From assembly GCA_016192985.1 (NCBI GenBank), contig JACPTC010000017.1, forward strand, positions 1,182-65,181: a DNA stretch of 64,000 bases. Direction: 5' to 3'. This DNA comes from Candidatus Woesearchaeota archaeon (GTDB lineage Archaea; Nanobdellota; Nanobdellia; Woesearchaeales; GW2011-AR4). The notes below the pieces were generated by a model. The model was given only the letters and a program-made list of their open reading frames with translations. It was not told the origin of the DNA and did no database searches. Both the position numbers and the translations under genes were made by a program. The first letter of the stretch is position 1; the number at the start of each line of letters is the position of its first letter. Shown here piece after piece: positions 61,169-64,000 of the stretch.

Positions 61169-62893
61169 ATGTTTAAGGAATATTCAAGGCTTCAGCTGGC
61201 TATTATAATGCTCCTATTTTTCTCCTTATTTGTACAAGCCATAATTGGAGTACTGCATAATTCTGCTGCTTGGGATGAGCTTTGCTTTGTCGGAGCAGGT
61301 AAGGCAATTTTCAGTACAGGCTATATGAGATACATGCTGCTAGCAGACCATCCTCCTTTGTCGTACTACCTCAATAGCATTCCCTTAATGCCTCTTAAAT
61401 TTGACGAGAAAATATGGCAGAGCAATTCATGCTGGCAGATTGGCCACGATGTTCTTTTTAAGTCAAGCTATGATTCAAATAAAATACTTTTTATTTCAAG
61501 ATTTCCATTTATAATCTTATCCATCATACTTGCCATATACATCCTAAAATGGTCCACAGAGCTTTTCGGAGCAAAAAGCGGGATAATGGCTTTATTTCTT
61601 TATTCATTTAACCCTTCAATTATAGCTTATTCCGGCTTGGCAACAGCGGATTTTACGGTTGCGGCAATGATTTTCATTGCAGCTTATTATTTTCACAACC
61701 TTATTAAGAACCCTTCCATAAAGAATCTTGTCTTAGCGGGAATCTTTTTTGGTTTAGCAATGCTCACTAAGCTGACTGCTGTAATATTGTTACCTTTGTT
61801 TCTAATCATTGGGATTATGGCAGTATATTCAAGTAAAATTGGACTTAAACTGAAAAACTTAATAAAAAATTTGCTCGTTATTTTTTTGATAACTTTTGTT
61901 CTGGTCATGATTTTTCACAAATTCCAGTTTGGAACTCTAAAAGATTCATTGCCTCCTGGGTATTATTCTGATAAAGCTAGAGAAGAAATTGGCAAGGCGC
62001 CTTACTTTTCAGATTCTTTGCTATATTTCTATGATAATGTGCCAATTCCAGCGCCAATTTATGTCGGCATGGTTGGCAATATATTCTATCTTTCGCTTCA
62101 GGAAAAGGAAGGCTTTGTATTTGGCAAAATAACGCATGATGTTGTCTGGTATTTTTCTTTGCTTGCCTTTATTTTAAAGACACATTTGTCATTGCTCTTA
62201 ATGCTTTTTTTGGTTTTTATTCTGCGCAGAAAACTTCCTAAGAAAGACATTTTGACAAATTTGACTCTTATTCTGCCAATAATATTTATCCTTTTGATAT
62301 TTTCGAACACGAGCAAACTCGCTGGAATAAACCATCTGCTTGGAATTTATCCTTTTTTGTTTGTGTTGACAAGCAATTTAATAAATATCAGGATAGAAAG
62401 AAAAAATATTTTTAATGCGGCAGCATTTGTTTTGCTGTTTTCGTACTTAATTTCTGCCTTATTTACAGCTCCGTATTACTTATCCTATGTAAGTGTGATT
62501 GGAGGCGGTCCAAGCAAGTCTTACAAAATAATTGTTGGATCCAATCTGGATCAAGGCCAAGATTTGCTCGAATTAAAGGAGTATATGGCAAAAAATAGGA
62601 TCGATAAAATTAAATTAAGCTATTGGGGCTCGGTTGACCCTAAAGACTATGGAATAAACTATGAATACCTGCCGTCCCCCTATTTCCAGCCTTGGCAAAA
62701 TAATTATACACATATAGTTTTAAATACAAAAAACATATATGAAGACTGCTCTGAAAGGAAGGGGTTAATAGCAATAAGCATCACGAATTTGCAAAACGTG
62801 CATTTGCTCAACAAAACCTGCTACAATTGGCTGAAAAGTTATGAGCCTGTGCACAGAATAGGATACTCAATTTTTGTGTATGACATTAAGTAA
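61169..62893 (+). CDS. GT-C fold membrane glycosyltransferase (ArnT/PMT_2-like)
   Basis: Many TM helices; first-loop motifs AAWDELCF and ADHPPLSYYL are typical of the PMT_2/ArnT family; a C-terminal soluble domain follows. Confidence 0.6.
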   Translation: MFKEYSRLQLAIIMLLFFSLFVQAIIGVLHNSAAWDELCFVGAGKAIFSTGYMRYMLLADHPPLSYYLNSIPLMPLKFDEKIWQSNSCWQIGHDVLFKSSYDSNKILFISRFPFIILSIILAIYILKWSTELFGAKSGIMALFLYSFNPSIIAYSGLATADFTVAAMIFIAAYYFHNLIKNPSIKNLVLAGIFFGLAMLTKLTAVILLPLFLIIGIMAVYSSKIGLKLKNLIKNLLVIFLITFVLVMIFHKFQFGTLKDSLPPGYYSDKAREEIGKAPYFSDSLLYFYDNVPIPAPIYVGMVGNIFYLSLQEKEGFVFGKITHDVVWYFSLLAFILKTHLSLLLMLFLVFILRRKLPKKDILTNLTLILPIIFILLIFSNTSKLAGINHLLGIYPFLFVLTSNLINIRIERKNIFNAAAFVLLFSYLISALFTAPYYLSYVSVIGGGPSKSYKIIVGSNLDQGQDLLELKEYMAKNRIDKIKLSYWGSVDPKDYGINYEYLPSPYFQPWQNNYTHIVLNTKNIYEDCSERKGLIAISITNLQNVHLLNKTCYNWLKSYEPVHRIGYSIFVYDIK

Positions 62894-62920
62894 AGATGGC
62901 AAAAATAAAAGCAAAAATCT

Positions 62921-63934
62921 TTACTTAGAATTATTATTCCATTTCCACATCTTGTCTTCTTCCACAAACTTCTTTTCCCAAATCCACTGGCTGCCGTTTG
63001 CCTTGAACCATTCAATAGTCTTTTTCAATCCTTCTTCTAGGCTTGTTGTGGGCTTCCATCCAGTAAGCCTGTTCATTTTTGAATAGTCAGCTTGCAACCG
63101 CTCCACATCCAAAGGTCTTAGCCTCTTTTGTACAATCTCAAACTCAACAGATTTATGCCCCATTAAAGAGCCAATAATCTCTGCCAGCTCTTTAATGCTC
63201 CAGTCTTTGCCTGAGCCCATATTCACAACCTCGCCAACAGCTGCGTCACATTTCATCAAAGAGATTGCGCCCTTTGCAGCATCACCTACATAAGTAAAAT
63301 CCCTGCTTGCATTTATATTGCCAAGCTTTAGCTTGTTGCTCTTTGACAATTGCTTAATGACCTCTGCAATTACATAAGGCTGGGTTATTCTAGGCCCGTA
63401 TACATTAAACTGCCTAAGAATTATAACGGGAATTTTTTGCTCGTGATGCAATGTAAAGCACAGCCTGTCTGCAGCCAGCTTGCTTACAGCATAAGTCGAG
63501 CAAGGCAAAGTGGGGTGATTTTCGTCCATGGGAACATATTTGGCAGTCCCATAAACCTCAGATGTTGAGTATTGCAGTATCCTTTTTACACCTGTTTCTT
63601 TGGCTGCAAGCATGATGTTAAGCACCCCTCGTGCGTCAACATCAAAGAATTCCTGCGGCTTGTCGTAGCACTCCGGTATGAAAGGAAATGCAGCAAGGTT
63701 GAATATGTAATCTACCCTGTGTTTTTTAAGGATTTTTGGCAAATCGCTGTCTCTTATATCGCCGTTAATAATCTCAATCTTGTCTTTGATTTCTTCTATA
63801 TTGGCCAAATCGCCGCTAGTGAAATTATCCAGTATTACTACATTTGCGCTTTCTTTTATTAGTTCCCTGACTAATTTAGAGCCGATAAAGCCAGCGCCCC
63901 CTGACACCAGCACACTATTACCTTCAAAGCTCAT
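62921..63934 (-). CDS. NAD-dependent sugar-nucleotide epimerase/dehydratase (extended SDR)
   Basis: [33 protein letters not shown] (YxxxK). I prefer the ATG at 63934; the track start at 63949 is TTG. Confidence 0.8.
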   Translation of the reverse strand: MSFEGNSVLVSGGAGFIGSKLVRELIKESANVVILDNFTSGDLANIEEIKDKIEIINGDIRDSDLPKILKKHRVDYIFNLAAFPFIPECYDKPQEFFDVDARGVLNIMLAAKETGVKRILQYSTSEVYGTAKYVPMDENHPTLPCSTYAVSKLAADRLCFTLHHEQKIPVIILRQFNVYGPRITQPYVIAEVIKQLSKSNKLKLGNINASRDFTYVGDAAKGAISLMKCDAAVGEVVNMGSGKDWSIKELAEIIGSLMGHKSVEFEIVQKRLRPLDVERLQADYSKMNRLTGWKPTTSLEEGLKKTIEWFKANGSQWIWEKKFVEEDKMWKWNNNSK

Positions 63935-64000
63935 CAAAATCAGGCTCAAGGCTTGGACAAAGATATATAAATGTTTCGTTGTTATTCTCTTTAAATACCA

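Noticed and set aside
1-64000. Search by eye for rRNA, tRNA, CRISPR arrays, IS elements or transposases, integrases and prophage genes
   Set aside because: I found none. All intergenic regions longer than 60 bp were read, and none shows a tRNA cloverleaf, regularly spaced repeats or terminal inverted repeats flanking a transposase-like ORF. A proper tRNAscan, Infernal or CRISPR-finder run could still reveal something I missed.

Overview
This is an AT-rich archaeal chromosome segment. The archaeal assignment rests on e-type ribosomal proteins, aSUI1, MBF1, RadB and a class-III-signal pilin; a small-genome, DPANN-like origin is only an inference. The window has three blocks.

1. **1-17.2 kb, ribosomal protein super-operon (minus strand).** Order is L3-L4-L23-L2-S19-L22-S3-L29-SUI1-S17-L14-L24-S4e-L5-S14-S8-L6-[HTH/LAGLIDADG insert]-L32e-L19e-L18-S5-L30-L15-SecY-DUF106. 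It is followed by a pilin-like gene, L34e, two tiny ORFs and L14e, which is cut by the left edge.
2. **17.5-41 kb, acyl-CoA and biotin block.** A DRG GTPase is followed by a dense acyl-CoA cluster: HMG-CoA synthase, three thiolase-family genes, DUF35, a DUF35-DUF362 fusion, FabG-like, FabZ-like, MaoC, a PECR-like enoyl reductase, a family III CoA-transferase, patatin and methyltransferases. These are interleaved with an acyl-CoA carboxylase (accC, BCCP, carboxyltransferase), birA and bioD/bioF/bioB. I recognised no bioA, bioC, bioH, bioW, ACP or KAS.
3. **41-64 kb, envelope and glycan block.** RadB is followed by GT2, GT4 and GT-C transferases, an SGNH acyl-esterase-like protein, a flippase, UDP-glucose dehydrogenase, UDP-xylose synthase, MBF1 and an RHH-nucleotidyltransferase fusion.

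The most interesting hypothesis is that block 2 encodes an ACP-independent, thiolase-based route to pimeloyl-CoA and biotin, with non-orthologous replacements for BioA and for BioC/BioH. Other oddities:
- Twin thiolase paralogs are broken at the same site next to 100%-identical sequence tracts.
- The HMGCS-linked thiolase has Asp at the nucleophile position.
- A free-standing LAGLIDADG gene sits inside the r-protein operon.
- The L3 upstream spacer is structured and palindrome-rich.

I saw no rRNA, tRNA, CRISPR array or IS element. All calls come from reading the translated ORFs and the DNA by eye; no database search was run.
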